Source of the DNA: an uncultured Candidatus Melainabacteria bacterium
Lineage (GTDB): Bacteria > Cyanobacteriota > Vampirovibrionia > Gastranaerophilales > Gastranaerophilaceae
Reading direction: 5' to 3'
NCBI GenBank assembly: GCA_934693165.1
Contig: CAKUUX010000001.1
Location: 41,206-105,205, forward strand
DNA length: 64,000 bases
A program made the translations under genes and the position numbers. A model generated the notes under the pieces. That model was not told the origin of the DNA, made no database searches, and worked only from the letters and a program-made list of their open reading frames with translations. This document shows, piece by piece, positions 10,210-20,304 of the stretch (the first letter of the stretch is position 1; each line of letters begins with the position of its first letter).

Positions 10210-11118
10210 ATGGAAATTTTTAAATATATTTTTAATCCTGCGTTGATGTTAATCTTTTTATTTTTCGCATTTTCTGTGGGGTATTGTGTTTATAAATACC
10301 AAATTATTAACAAAGAAATGCTTAATCTTTTAGCTTTCTTAAAACAGTTTAAAAAATCAGATTTAAGCTATAGATTTAAAGAATTTGATGAAGGTTTAAC
10401 AGAAAATCCTTACATTTCTGATGTTTGGGTAGAATTTAGAAATACTCTTGTTTTTAACGAAAATGTTACTTTAAAAAATGAAAAAGAAGAAGAAATTGGA
10501 TTTGAGAATGCATCACAAGCTCTTTCTGGTGTTCAAACAACAGTTGATTCTTCTTACTTTTTTAATGAAGAAGCTCTTGTTACTTCAAAATTAAATTATA
10601 AGTTTGTACAAGTAACACCGACATTATTAACAGGTATGGGGCCATTATTTACGTTTATGCATATTGCTTTTGCGTTTGCAAATGTTGATTTTACTTCAAA
10701 CGAATCAACAATGTTGACTATCGAAAACTTGATGGCAAATATGCAAATTGCTGCTTTGTGTTCAGTTTTTGCCGTTGGTGAATCTTTATTATTCTTGATG
10801 TTAGAAAGACTTCTTTATAACATTAAATGTAAGACACCTCTTAATGAAATTCAAAACCACTTATACAAAATTTTTGATAGTGTAACTTCTGAAAAATTCT
10901 TAATTGAATTATTAAAAACTACAAAAATTCAAAACCATGCGCTAGCAAATTCTATGAAAATTTTATCAAGAAGTTTTAAAGATTCTTTTGATAAGAGTTT
11001 AGCATCAATACTTGTTCCATATTTAGACAGCATTGTTTATAATCTTGATAAGATTAAAGAAAACAGTCCAAAAGCTCTTGAAAAACAAGCACTAGATGCA
11101 GTTGATGACTTGTTCTAG
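10210..11118 (+). CDS. ExbB/TolQ/MotA-family proton-channel-like membrane protein.
   Basis: Three-transmembrane topology (TM1 near aa 9-29, TM2 near aa 137-160, TM3 near aa 176-200) like ExbB/TolQ. TM2 reads LLTGMGPLFTFMHIAFAF, close to the ExbB segment GLFGTVWGIMNSF. TM3 ends in the conserved ..LLYN, as in the TolQ/ExbB YN. The SD is AGAGGGAG. Confidence 0.5.
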   Translation: MEIFKYIFNPALMLIFLFFAFSVGYCVYKYQIINKEMLNLLAFLKQFKKSDLSYRFKEFDEGLTENPYISDVWVEFRNTLVFNENVTLKNEKEEEIGFENASQALSGVQTTVDSSYFFNEEALVTSKLNYKFVQVTPTLLTGMGPLFTFMHIAFAFANVDFTSNESTMLTIENLMANMQIAALCSVFAVGESLLFLMLERLLYNIKCKTPLNEIQNHLYKIFDSVTSEKFLIELLKTTKIQNHALANSMKILSRSFKDSFDKSLASILVPYLDSIVYNLDKIKENSPKALEKQALDAVDDLF

Positions 11119-11126
11119 GAGAAGTG

Positions 11127-11825
11127 ATGTTTAGAAAATCTTTAAAAAAAGCAGATTATGTTGAAGAAAATATTTTTTGGATAACAATGTCAGACTTATT
11201 ATTAGGTTTGATGATTATTTTCTTGATTTTGTTTATCATGACAATGGTAGGATTTTCTCAAGCAAAATTTGCAGAAAAATCTGCGCAAGCTGAAATGGCA
11301 TCTGTTTTAGCTGATAAGTTTGAAGCTAACAAAATTAATGTGAATATTAATAAAATGTCAGGACAGATAGAAATTTCTGATTTAGAATTATTTGATTTGG
11401 GTAGTTACAAATTATCAAACAAAGGTAAAGCTTATTTAGATAAATTTTTCCCAATTTATATAGATACTATTTTTTCTAATCCAGAAGTTAGTAATAAAGT
11501 TGAAAATATTATTATAGAAGGTCATACTGATTCTCAAATGTTTAGAGGTTTGAAATCAGAAGATGAGCAATACGCCAAGAATTTAGAACTTTCTTCAATG
11601 CGTGCAACTGAAATTGCGAATTATGTTTTTAAAACAAATTATGATAAAAAGTACAGCAAAAAATTACGCAAAGTTTTAATTACAACTGGAAAAAGCAATA
11701 CTGAACCTGTTTTAACAAATAACAAAGAAGATTTTGATAAAAGCAGACGTGTAGAACTTGAAGTTCGCATGAAAGCTGGCGAAAATGTTCTTGAAAAAAT
11801 GTTAAATCAAAAAGGACTTTTATAA
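11127..11825 (+). CDS. MotB-like protein with an OmpA-type peptidoglycan-binding domain.
   Basis: A single transmembrane segment with the conserved channel Asp (WITMSDLLLGLMIIFL, like MotB WxxYADxMTxLxxFF). The C-terminus has an OmpA-like domain (IIIEGHTDS..NLELSSMRATEIANYV..SRRVELEV). An AGGAGAAG SD sits 5 nt before ATG 11127; the track's GTG at 11124 is probably not the start. Confidence 0.7.
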   Translation: MFRKSLKKADYVEENIFWITMSDLLLGLMIIFLILFIMTMVGFSQAKFAEKSAQAEMASVLADKFEANKINVNINKMSGQIEISDLELFDLGSYKLSNKGKAYLDKFFPIYIDTIFSNPEVSNKVENIIIEGHTDSQMFRGLKSEDEQYAKNLELSSMRATEIANYVFKTNYDKKYSKKLRKVLITTGKSNTEPVLTNNKEDFDKSRRVELEVRMKAGENVLEKMLNQKGLL

Positions 11826-12065
11826 TTATTTAATCCAAATCATTGTTGTGCAAGTTTTTCTTTGCATAAAAGGGTTTGTCATATTCTTTCCAGAATATGG
11901 TACTTTAAAATTTTGGTCATAATATTTGACGTTTTTTGACACACTTTTTAAAATTGATAAAAATTTCATAACACTTACATTATTTGGGTTGTTATTTTTC
12001 AAAAAATCCCCAATAAGTTTAATATTTTAGCCTTTTTAAATCCTCTTTTGTGTTAAACTAATCTT

Positions 12066-12995
12066 ATGAAAGAAAATAATCTGATTGAAATTATAAAAAA
12101 TACCCTAAATTCTAAATATATCAATGATGATTGTGCATATTTAGAAGATTTAGGTATTGTTGTGACGCAAGATAGTTTAGTTGAAGATGTACATTTTTCT
12201 CTAAAATATACGACAGCTTTTCAATTGGGTTATAAATCAGTTGCAGTAAATCTTTCTGATGTTTATGCGTCAGGTGCTAGAGCAAAATATTTAACTTGTT
12301 CTTTGTCATTACCTAATTATATTGATGAAAACTTTATCAAAGAATTTTATGAAGGTGCAAAATCTGTAAATTCAGAGGTTGAAATAGTTGGTGGTGATGT
12401 TACTGGTAGTGACAAATTATTTATTTCAATCTGTGCAATCGGAGAAACAAAAAATAGAAAAATATCTTCTCGTAGTAAAGCTAAAGAGGGTTATAAAATA
12501 ATAACAAATGGCGTTCATGGTTCTAGTGGATGTGGTTTTGAGCTTTTGCAAAGGGGGTCAACTTCTCCACAAGTTTTAGTAGATGCTCATTTGATGCCAA
12601 AAGTTAATGATATTTTATCAAATGAAATTGCACTAAATATAAAAGAAAATTACGCAATGATGGATTCATCTGATGGATTGATGGATGCTTTATATAAAAT
12701 TTCAAAATTAAGCAATTTAACAGCAGAAGTTGATTTTAATAAAATTCCAATTGATGAAGAAATAAAAGAATTTGAAGATTATAAAAATAAGATTTTCTTT
12801 GGTGCAGAGGATTATAAACTTATTGCTTGCGTTCCAGAAGAATTTTTAAAAACTTTAGACAAAAATTTATATACCGAAATTGGTTTTATGACGAAAAAGC
12901 AAGAAGATGTTTTTGTAAAAGTAAGATTTGATGACGAAGTAAGGTCTTTTACAGAAAAAGATGTTGAAGAAAAAACTTTTAAACATTTTGATTAA
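12066..12995 (+). CDS. thiL: Thiamine-monophosphate kinase.
   Basis: AIR-synthase-related fold. Motifs DDCAYL, LVEDVHF and GYKSVAVNLSDVYASGARAKYLTCSLSLP are typical of ThiL. Confidence 0.8.
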   Translation: MKENNLIEIIKNTLNSKYINDDCAYLEDLGIVVTQDSLVEDVHFSLKYTTAFQLGYKSVAVNLSDVYASGARAKYLTCSLSLPNYIDENFIKEFYEGAKSVNSEVEIVGGDVTGSDKLFISICAIGETKNRKISSRSKAKEGYKIITNGVHGSSGCGFELLQRGSTSPQVLVDAHLMPKVNDILSNEIALNIKENYAMMDSSDGLMDALYKISKLSNLTAEVDFNKIPIDEEIKEFEDYKNKIFFGAEDYKLIACVPEEFLKTLDKNLYTEIGFMTKKQEDVFVKVRFDDEVRSFTEKDVEEKTFKHFD

Positions 12996-13077
12996 AATTA
13001 CTTAATTTTCGTTTAATAAATTTTTAGTTTAGCTTATGATATAAGTAACAGAAGAATTAGAAAAAGAGGTTTAAAAA

Positions 13078-14031
13078 ATGAAAAATAGAGTTGGTGTAGA
13101 TATCGGTGGTACAAACATTAAAATAGCTTTAATTACAAACGAAGGAAAAATTTTATATTCAAAAACTTTTCCAACAGAAGCTGAAAAAGGTTATGAATAC
13201 ACAGTAGCCAACATTAAGGAAGAAATAAAAGTTTTGATGACAGAAACTGAATCAACTTCAAAAACAATTGAAACAATAGGATTTGGTTTTCCTGGGCAAA
13301 TTGATTATAAGACAGGCACAGTAAAGGTTTCTACAAATATTCCTGGTTGGAATGGTGTAGAATTAGCAAAAATTATTAAAGGAGAATTTAATATTCCAGC
13401 TTTTGTAGATAATGATGTAAGATGTGCAACTTTAGGTGAAATGAAATATGGTGCTGGTAAAGGCGCACAAAACTTAGTTTGCGTAACAGTTGGTACTGGT
13501 ATCGGTTCAGGTCTTGTCTTAAACGGTAAATTATATAGAGGTGCAAGCAACGCAGCTGGTGAAATTGGTCACATTAAATTATCTGATTCAAATTCTGCTC
13601 CATTATGTGGTTGTGGTGATTTTGGATGTTTTGAAGCTTATGCTTCAGGTCCAAGCATTGTTGCTATGGCAGAAGATTATATCAGAGGTGGTAAAGCTAC
13701 AATGTACAGAGAAATGGCTAAAGGAGAAGCTATTACTCCATATATCGTATTTAAAGCTGCTGAACAAGGTGATGCTGTTGCAATTCAAATTTTCAAAAAA
13801 ATCGGTGAATATTTAGGATTAGGTTTAACAAATGTTATTAACATCTTAAACCCAGATAAAATTATTATCGGTGGTGGTATTGCTGCTGCTGGCGATTTGT
13901 TATTTAATCCAATTAGAGAAACTGTTAATAAACGTGCAATGAAAATTGCAAGAGAAGCTGTTCAAATTGTACCTGCTGAACTTGGTAATACAGCAGGTGT
14001 TATGGGTGCTGCTTTATTAATGGACAACTAA
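13078..14031 (+). CDS. ROK-family glucokinase.
   Basis: N-terminal VGVDIGGTNIKIAL sugar-kinase motif. ROK zinc motif GHIKLSDSNSAPLCGCGDFGCFEAYAS. SD is AAAGAGG. Confidence 0.8.
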   Translation: MKNRVGVDIGGTNIKIALITNEGKILYSKTFPTEAEKGYEYTVANIKEEIKVLMTETESTSKTIETIGFGFPGQIDYKTGTVKVSTNIPGWNGVELAKIIKGEFNIPAFVDNDVRCATLGEMKYGAGKGAQNLVCVTVGTGIGSGLVLNGKLYRGASNAAGEIGHIKLSDSNSAPLCGCGDFGCFEAYASGPSIVAMAEDYIRGGKATMYREMAKGEAITPYIVFKAAEQGDAVAIQIFKKIGEYLGLGLTNVINILNPDKIIIGGGIAAAGDLLFNPIRETVNKRAMKIAREAVQIVPAELGNTAGVMGAALLMDN

Positions 14032-14034
14032 TTA

Positions 14035-14991
14035 ATGAGTGTATATTTTTATTACGGTGATGAAGATTACAGCATTGAACAAGCGATAAACGAAAAGAAA
14101 AAATTGCTTGATAAAAATTTTAGTGCAATGAATTTTAAAACCTATGACAATCCGTCTTTTACGGATTTGATTTCAATTCTTCGTACTACGCCAATGATGT
14201 TTGGCAAAATGTTAATCGTAATAAACTGTCTTGATTATTTTTCAAAATCTTTTGAGGATAGTCAAAATAAACAGATTGAAGAAGCTTTATCTCTTGTTTC
14301 AGAAGATGTTGATATCATTTTTACTGCAATTATTCCGAGAGATGAGGGTAAAAAACTTGATACAAGAAGAAAGTTATTTAAACTTTTATCAAAACAAAAT
14401 GCTCAAGAATTTAAAACAATTCCAACATACAAAACAGACGAGATAACTCTTTGGATAAATAAATACGCAAGAAAAATTGGTATAAAAGTTGAACAAGATG
14501 CGAGTTTAACTCTTATTGAACAAATTGGAAATAATTTAAGAGAATTTGTAAACGAATTGGATAAACTAAAACTTGCCGTATATCCAGAAAAAACAGTTAC
14601 TAAAGCAGATGTAAAAAATAACTGTATTACAAATGAAGATTTATTTAATTTTACAGATTATATAATGACAAACAAAACAGATTTAGCGCTTTTAGAATTT
14701 AGAAAATTATTATTTAAAAAACATGAACTAGAAATCATTTCTGCTTTACAAACAATGCTAAGAAAATGGATTTTGATTAAATTAAATGAGAAGAAGATGT
14801 CTACATTTGAGATTTCCAAACTTACCGGCATGCACGAATTTGTTGTAAAGAAAAATATGGAGAAAATGAAAAAACATTCTTTAAAAGCTTTGGTAGATTT
14901 AAAACAAAACCTAATTGATGCAGAATATAAAATTAAATCTGGTCAGGCACTTGATACAAAAGAGGTAATTGAATATGCAATTATCGGATAA
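14035..14991 (+). CDS. holA: DNA polymerase III delta subunit.
   Basis: About 318 aa, with no Walker A motif. Delta-like N-terminus (VYFYYGDEDYSIEQAI) and C-terminal helical domain. It overlaps the downstream delta-prime gene. Confidence 0.6.
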   Translation: MSVYFYYGDEDYSIEQAINEKKKLLDKNFSAMNFKTYDNPSFTDLISILRTTPMMFGKMLIVINCLDYFSKSFEDSQNKQIEEALSLVSEDVDIIFTAIIPRDEGKKLDTRRKLFKLLSKQNAQEFKTIPTYKTDEITLWINKYARKIGIKVEQDASLTLIEQIGNNLREFVNELDKLKLAVYPEKTVTKADVKNNCITNEDLFNFTDYIMTNKTDLALLEFRKLLFKKHELEIISALQTMLRKWILIKLNEKKMSTFEISKLTGMHEFVVKKNMEKMKKHSLKALVDLKQNLIDAEYKIKSGQALDTKEVIEYAIIG

Positions 14992-15832
14992 GTACCCATT
15001 TTTAATAAAATATTTTAACGAGGCAAAAAATACGGATAATTATTCAGTATTTCAATCTCTTTTGTTTTATGGAAGTGATTTTGACGCACAATACAAAATG
15101 GCTTTGTATCTTGCAAAAATGTTGAATTGTGAAAGTGATTTTAGTGAAACTTGTAGTTGTCAAAATTGTAGATGGATAGATTCACACGAACATCCTGCAG
15201 TTATTACAGTTTCAAAAGTGGATTATAAACCAGAAGATGATACCTCAAAAACAGTTATATCTTTAAAACAAGCTCAAATGGTAAAGAGTTCTCTTACAAA
15301 TTCAAGTGATTATCATAGAGTATTTATTTTCTGTGATAAGGGTAAAGATGATGAAATTCTTGGTTTAAATCAAATGAATTTTCAAGAAGAAACTGCAAAT
15401 GCTCTTCTTAAAACAATTGAAGAACCTCCTAAAAATACAACATTTATTTTCCTTACAAGAGATAAAAATGATGTTCTTCAAACAATTCAATCAAGATGTA
15501 TGGCATTTTTTGTACCGTCTTTTGAAATTGAGGGTTATGATTATTCTTTAGTGGAAGATGTTTTTGCTGATTATTTTGAATTTGAAAGAAGTGAAGTTTT
15601 TAATATTGCAAATGATTTATTCCAACTTACTAAGGAAAATGAACCAGTTGAAGTTTTGGAAAGTATGCAACACTATATGCTTTGTTTGATGAAAAGCAAT
15701 ACAAATGATAAAAATATAACAAATAGATTGATAAACGACTTAAAACAAGTTGAAACAGCAAAGAAGGAAGTTAAACTTGGTATGAATGTTCAAAATGTTT
15801 TAGAAGATTTGTGTTTGAAGATTATTAAGTAG
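14975..15832 (+). CDS. holB: DNA polymerase III delta-prime subunit.
   Basis: AAA+-like fold lacking a functional P-loop. It has the zinc-module Cys cluster CESDFSETCSCQNC and the sensor motif SRC. ATG 14975 has an AGAGGT SD; the track's start at 14969 is a TTG. Confidence 0.6.
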   Translation: MQLSDKYPFLIKYFNEAKNTDNYSVFQSLLFYGSDFDAQYKMALYLAKMLNCESDFSETCSCQNCRWIDSHEHPAVITVSKVDYKPEDDTSKTVISLKQAQMVKSSLTNSSDYHRVFIFCDKGKDDEILGLNQMNFQEETANALLKTIEEPPKNTTFIFLTRDKNDVLQTIQSRCMAFFVPSFEIEGYDYSLVEDVFADYFEFERSEVFNIANDLFQLTKENEPVEVLESMQHYMLCLMKSNTNDKNITNRLINDLKQVETAKKEVKLGMNVQNVLEDLCLKIIK

Positions 15833-15834
15833 AC

Positions 15835-15870
15835 AAAAAAGGCGAAACCTTTAGGCTTCGCCTCTTTTTT
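15835..15870. terminator. Bidirectional rho-independent terminator between holB (+) and clpB (-).
   Basis: AAAAAA GGCGAAACC-ttta-GGCTTCGCC TCTTTTTT. It is a GC-rich stem flanked by an A-run on one side and a T-run on the other. Confidence 0.8.
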
Positions 15871-15891
15871 ATCTATTTTGAAGGTGTTTCA

Positions 15892-18480
15892 TTATTTTCT
15901 GCTAAATTGAATTGTATCGTCTTTAGCATCAATTATTAAAGTATCACCTTTAATAAATTTTTGTGCCAAGATTAATTTAGCTAATGGATTTTCAACCATT
16001 TGTCTTATTGTACGTTTTAATGGTCTTGCACCATAGATTGGGTTATAACCTTGTGTTGCCAATAATTCTTTTGCATCAGGTGTAACTTCAAGCTTGATTT
16101 CTTGTTCTCCTAGTCGTTTGCCTAGTGATTCCATTTGAATATCAACAATTTGTTTCAAGTTATCCAATGTCAAACCTTTGAAGAAGATTGTTTCATCAAC
16201 ACGGTTTAAGAATTCTGGTTTAAATCTATCTTTCATGATATTCATAACTTTTTCTTTAGTATCACTAAAGTTTCCACTTATAGAATCTTCCAATATAACT
16301 TCGCTACCGATGTTACTTGTCATGATAATAAGTGTATTTTTGAAATCAACAGTTCTGCCTTTTGAATCAGTTAAACGTCCGTCATCAAAGATTTGCAACA
16401 TAATATTGAATACATCTGGATGAGCTTTTTCGATTTCATCAAAAAGTACAACAGAATAAGGTTTTCTTCTTACTGCTTCTGTAAGTTGACCACCTTCATC
16501 ATAACCAACGTATCCTGGAGGAGCTCCGACTAATCTTGCAACATTATGTTTTTCCATGTATTCAGACATATCAATTCTCACGATTGCGTCTTCATCATTG
16601 AACATAAATTCTGCCAAAGATTTTGCAAGTTCTGTTTTACCAACACCAGTTGGACCTAAGAAAATAAATGTACCAATTGGACGTTTTGGATCTTTCAAAC
16701 CAGAACGAGCACGACGGATTGCATCAGAAACCGTATTTACAGCTTCGTCTTGACCGATTAAACGTTTATGTAAAACATCTTCCATTGAGATTAATTTTTG
16801 CATTTCGCTTTCAACCAATTTAGAAACAGGAACTCCTGTCCATTTGCTTACAACTTCTGCAATATCGTCTCCGTCAATTTCTTCTTTTAATAATTTATTG
16901 TCTTTTTTATCTGCCCCTTGAACTTCTTCTAGTTTCTTTTGTAATTCCATCAATTTACCGTATTTTAACTCGGCAGCTTTTTGTAAGTCTGTATTTCTTT
17001 CAGCTTTTTCAATTTCGATTTTTACTTTTTCAATTTCTTCTTTTATAGAAGCTTCACCTTGGATTGTAGCTTTTTCTTTGTTCCATTGTTCTTTTAAAAC
17101 TGCAATTTTAGATTCTAAATCAGAAATTTCTTGAGAAATTTCAAGGATTTTTCTTTCGCAATCAGGGTTTGATTCTTCTTTTTTCAAAGCTTCTCTTTCA
17201 ATTTCTAATTGAACTTTTTGTCTTGCCATAATATCAATTTCTTCTGGCATAGAGTCAATTTCAATACGTAATGAAGATGCAGCTTCATCAATTAAGTCGA
17301 TAGCTTTATCAGGTAAAAATCTATCTGTAATATATCTATCAGAAAGTTTTGCTGCTTGGATTAAGGCACTATCAAGAATACGAACTCCGTGGTGAACTTC
17401 GTATTTTTCTTTCAAACCTCTTAAGATACTAATAGTGTCTTCAACAGAAGGTTCATCAACCATTACAGGTTGAAATCTTCTTTCTAATGCTGGATCTTTT
17501 TCAATGTATTTTCTGTATTCATTAATTGTTGTAGCACCGATTGTTCTTAAAACGCCTCTTGCTAACATTGGTTTTAACAAGTTACCAGCATCCATAGAGC
17601 CTTCTGTAGCGCCTGCGCCAACTACTGTGTGTAATTCATCAATGAACATTACAATTTCACCGTTTGATTCTTCAACTTCTTTCAATACGGCTTTTAATCT
17701 TTCTTCGAATTCACCTCTAAACTTAGCACCTGCAACTAATGCACCTAAATCAAGTGAAATTAATTTTACATTTTTAAGGCTTTCTGGAACATCGCCTCTA
17801 ACAATACGTTGAGCTAAACCCTCAATGATGGCAGTTTTACCAACACCAGGTTCACCAATTAAAACGGGGTTATTTTTAGTACGTCTATTTAAAACTTGGA
17901 TTATTCTTCTAACTTCTTCGTCACGCCCAATAACAGGATCTAATTTACCTTTACGAGCACGTTCTGTTAAGTCTGTTGAATATTTTTCAAGAGCTTTCAT
18001 GTTTTCTTCTGCGTTTTTGTTATCCACTTTTTTATTACCTCTTATTTTTTTCATTGCGTTTAAAACAGCTGATGTGTTTACTCTATGATTGCTTAAAAGT
18101 CTTTGTATGTTTGAACCTTCAAGCTTTGTCATTGCGAGTAAAATGTGTTCGATTGAGATAAAATCATCTTTCATCTCTGTGCAAGTTGCATCAGCAATAT
18201 CTAATAACTTTTCTGTATCAGATGATAGAAATAATTTCTGCACATTTGTCATATTTGATAAGGTTGGAAAGTTCGCAACCATTGTTGACAAAGCTCCAAC
18301 AAAATTTTCATTTATAAGTTTTAGTTCGTTTAAATAATCCCTTGAAATGCCATTATCTTTTACCATTGCAAGTAAAATGTGTTCTGGCTCTATTTGGGAA
18401 TTCTTGTGTGAATTCATTTCAGCACTAGCTGAAGAAATTATTTCTTGCGAATAATTAGTAAGTCTATCAAAATTAATCAT
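15892..18480 (-). CDS. clpB: ATP-dependent chaperone ClpB (Hsp104 family disaggregase).
   Basis: 862 aa. N-terminal duplicated Clp_N repeats (EHILLAM twice). Two AAA modules (GEPGVGKT and GPTGVGKT) separated by a long coiled-coil M-domain. No ClpP-binding IGF loop. Confidence 0.92.
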   Translation of the reverse strand: MINFDRLTNYSQEIISSASAEMNSHKNSQIEPEHILLAMVKDNGISRDYLNELKLINENFVGALSTMVANFPTLSNMTNVQKLFLSSDTEKLLDIADATCTEMKDDFISIEHILLAMTKLEGSNIQRLLSNHRVNTSAVLNAMKKIRGNKKVDNKNAEENMKALEKYSTDLTERARKGKLDPVIGRDEEVRRIIQVLNRRTKNNPVLIGEPGVGKTAIIEGLAQRIVRGDVPESLKNVKLISLDLGALVAGAKFRGEFEERLKAVLKEVEESNGEIVMFIDELHTVVGAGATEGSMDAGNLLKPMLARGVLRTIGATTINEYRKYIEKDPALERRFQPVMVDEPSVEDTISILRGLKEKYEVHHGVRILDSALIQAAKLSDRYITDRFLPDKAIDLIDEAASSLRIEIDSMPEEIDIMARQKVQLEIEREALKKEESNPDCERKILEISQEISDLESKIAVLKEQWNKEKATIQGEASIKEEIEKVKIEIEKAERNTDLQKAAELKYGKLMELQKKLEEVQGADKKDNKLLKEEIDGDDIAEVVSKWTGVPVSKLVESEMQKLISMEDVLHKRLIGQDEAVNTVSDAIRRARSGLKDPKRPIGTFIFLGPTGVGKTELAKSLAEFMFNDEDAIVRIDMSEYMEKHNVARLVGAPPGYVGYDEGGQLTEAVRRKPYSVVLFDEIEKAHPDVFNIMLQIFDDGRLTDSKGRTVDFKNTLIIMTSNIGSEVILEDSISGNFSDTKEKVMNIMKDRFKPEFLNRVDETIFFKGLTLDNLKQIVDIQMESLGKRLGEQEIKLEVTPDAKELLATQGYNPIYGARPLKRTIRQMVENPLAKLILAQKFIKGDTLIIDAKDDTIQFSRK

Positions 18481-18606
18481 AAAGCATTTATCTCCTATAT
18501 ATAATATAAGGGCATTTTGAAAAAAAGAAACAAAACTTTATAATTAATTAACAATTTGAAAATTGTCATTGCGAGAAACGTAGTGATGAAGTAATCTAAT
18601 AAAATT

Positions 18607-19872
18607 TTAGAAATCTAACGCACTATCTAAATCTGCAATGATATCGTCAACATCTTCAAGTCCAACAGAAAGACGCATGAAATCTTCTCCAATACCACAT
18701 TCTTCCATTTGTTCTGCTGTCAATTGTCTATGAGTTGTAAGTGCAGGATATGTGATAATAGAACGGCTATCGCCGATATTTGTTGCGTGGATTAGCAATT
18801 TTACATTTTCGATAAATTTTGTTCCTGCTTCTCTTCCACCTTTTATGCCAAAGCTTATGATAGAAGATGCACCTTTTGGTAAATATTTTTCTGCTAATTC
18901 AAAATATTTATCGCCTTCAAGTTTTGGGTATTTAACCCAAGTAACATTTTTATGGGTTTTTAAGTATTTAGCAACTTTTAGGGCATTTGAAGAAACTCTT
19001 TCCATTCTTAGGGAAAGTGTTTCAAGTCCTTGCATAATCATAAATGAATTAAATGGGCTTAAGCAACAGCCCAAATCTCTTATCATTTGTGCTCTAGCTT
19101 TTACGATATAAGCTGATTTGCCAAAACTTTCAACATATTTAATACCGTGATAACTTTCATCAGGTTCAGTTAATTCAGGGAATTTTCTTGATTTTACCCA
19201 ATCAAAGTTTCCACTGTCAACAATAACTCCACCCATGCAAGTTCCATGACCACAAATGTATTTTGTCAAAGAATGTACAACAATATCTGCGCCATATTTT
19301 ATAGGTTGGCAAAGATATGGGCTTGGAATAGTGTTGTCAACAATCAATGGTAATCCGTGTTTGTGGGCAACATTTGCTAATGCTTCAATATCAAGAACGC
19401 TCAATGATGGGTTATTTAAAACTTCTGCAAAAATACATTTTGTTTTCTTGTTGATAAGTTTTTCAAAATCTTCTGCTTTATCAGACGAAACAAGATGAAC
19501 AATAATACCCATTTTTTGAAGAGTAACATTAATTAAGTTAATAGTTCCACCGTACATATTTGTAGATGCAACAACTTCGTCGCCTGCTTTTAAAATGTTT
19601 AAAAGAGCAATAGTAGATGCTGATTGACCAGAAGAAACGCAAAGTGCTCCAACGCCACCTTCAATGCCTGCAAGTCTTTCTTCAAGAACCTGAGTCGTAG
19701 GATTTGAAAGTCTTGTGTAAATATCTCCACTAGCTTTTAAATCAAACAAATCAGCTGCATATTGAACAGTATCAAAACTGAAGGCTGTAGTTTGATAAAT
19801 TGGTACAGGTGGAGTGTTTCTGTTTTCTGCAGGTGTGTGTGAACCTTGCACGCAAATAGTATCAAATTTCAT
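18607..19872 (-). CDS. metY: O-acetylhomoserine/O-acetylserine sulfhydrylase (Cys/Met-metabolism PLP enzyme).
   Basis: 421 aa. Carries the PLP lysine region SLTKYICGHGT and a conserved N-terminus (TICVQGSH..NRNTPPVPIYQTTAFSF), both typical of MetY. Confidence 0.8.
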   Translation of the reverse strand: MKFDTICVQGSHTPAENRNTPPVPIYQTTAFSFDTVQYAADLFDLKASGDIYTRLSNPTTQVLEERLAGIEGGVGALCVSSGQSASTIALLNILKAGDEVVASTNMYGGTINLINVTLQKMGIIVHLVSSDKAEDFEKLINKKTKCIFAEVLNNPSLSVLDIEALANVAHKHGLPLIVDNTIPSPYLCQPIKYGADIVVHSLTKYICGHGTCMGGVIVDSGNFDWVKSRKFPELTEPDESYHGIKYVESFGKSAYIVKARAQMIRDLGCCLSPFNSFMIMQGLETLSLRMERVSSNALKVAKYLKTHKNVTWVKYPKLEGDKYFELAEKYLPKGASSIISFGIKGGREAGTKFIENVKLLIHATNIGDSRSIITYPALTTHRQLTAEQMEECGIGEDFMRLSVGLEDVDDIIADLDSALDF

Positions 19873-19878
19873 AATTTA

Positions 19879-20304
19879 TTATCTCACATTCATTTTGATG
19901 ATGTCTGAAACCCAAGGAATATAAGAATATTTACCTTGGAAAGAAGTTATTACTAAATAGAACAATACTGCATATACAAACAATCCAATTATTGAGCATC
20001 CAAAGATTATATTGATTGTTGTATAGTACAAAATCATTGTAGTGATTTTGTTGATTAGTGGAATAAATAATAAAATATTACAAACTAATCCGATGAATAT
20101 TGTTAGTAAATAATAACCAATAGAAATAAAAATTGATTGAAAAATATGATATTTTAAAAATGGTTTTAAATTTTTCTTAGTAAGTATAACAATAACAAGA
20201 TAAATAAATCCTACAAAGCCCATTGTAAGATAACTTAAAGCAGAAACCAATTTTTCCATAAAATAAGGTTTATCAGGGTTTAATCTATAGCTATTGTTAT
20301 ACAT
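19879..20304 (-). CDS. Small polytopic membrane protein, hypothetical.
   Basis: Four predicted transmembrane helices. It overlaps the upstream TPR gene by 8 bp, suggesting co-translation. No recognizable family. Confidence 0.4.
   Translation of the reverse strand: MYNNSYRLNPDKPYFMEKLVSALSYLTMGFVGFIYLVIVILTKKNLKPFLKYHIFQSIFISIGYYLLTIFIGLVCNILLFIPLINKITTMILYYTTINIIFGCSIIGLFVYAVLFYLVITSFQGKYSYIPWVSDIIKMNVR

Noticed and set aside
10210-11825. Zorya-type anti-phage system (ZorA/ZorB).
   Set aside because: The MotA-like protein is only 302 aa, with a ~100-aa C-terminal tail rather than the several-hundred-residue coiled-coil tail of ZorA. No ZorC/D/E-like genes are adjacent. It is kept as a generic stator-like pair instead.
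11826-12065. Possible TPP riboswitch in the 240-bp gap upstream of thiL.
   Set aside because: I searched for the conserved CUGAGA and ACCUGAUCUGGAUAAUGCCAGCG elements and found none. Only an AT-rich hairpin (CATATTCT-ttcc-AGAATATG) is present, which looks like a weak terminator for the upstream gene.
16178-18337. Several plus-strand ORFs (16178..16423, 16556..16753, 17504..17812, 17825..18088, 17976..18161, 18089..18337).
   Set aside because: All lie antisense inside the strongly conserved clpB coding sequence. Their low-complexity products come from reading a real gene on the wrong strand.
18481-18606. Heat-shock operators (CIRCE, TTAGCACTC-N9-GAGTGCTAA, or CtsR box) upstream of clpB.
   Set aside because: No match is present. 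The tcattgcgag repeat seen here and inside clpB is explained by the coding EHILLAM Clp_N repeats plus chance.
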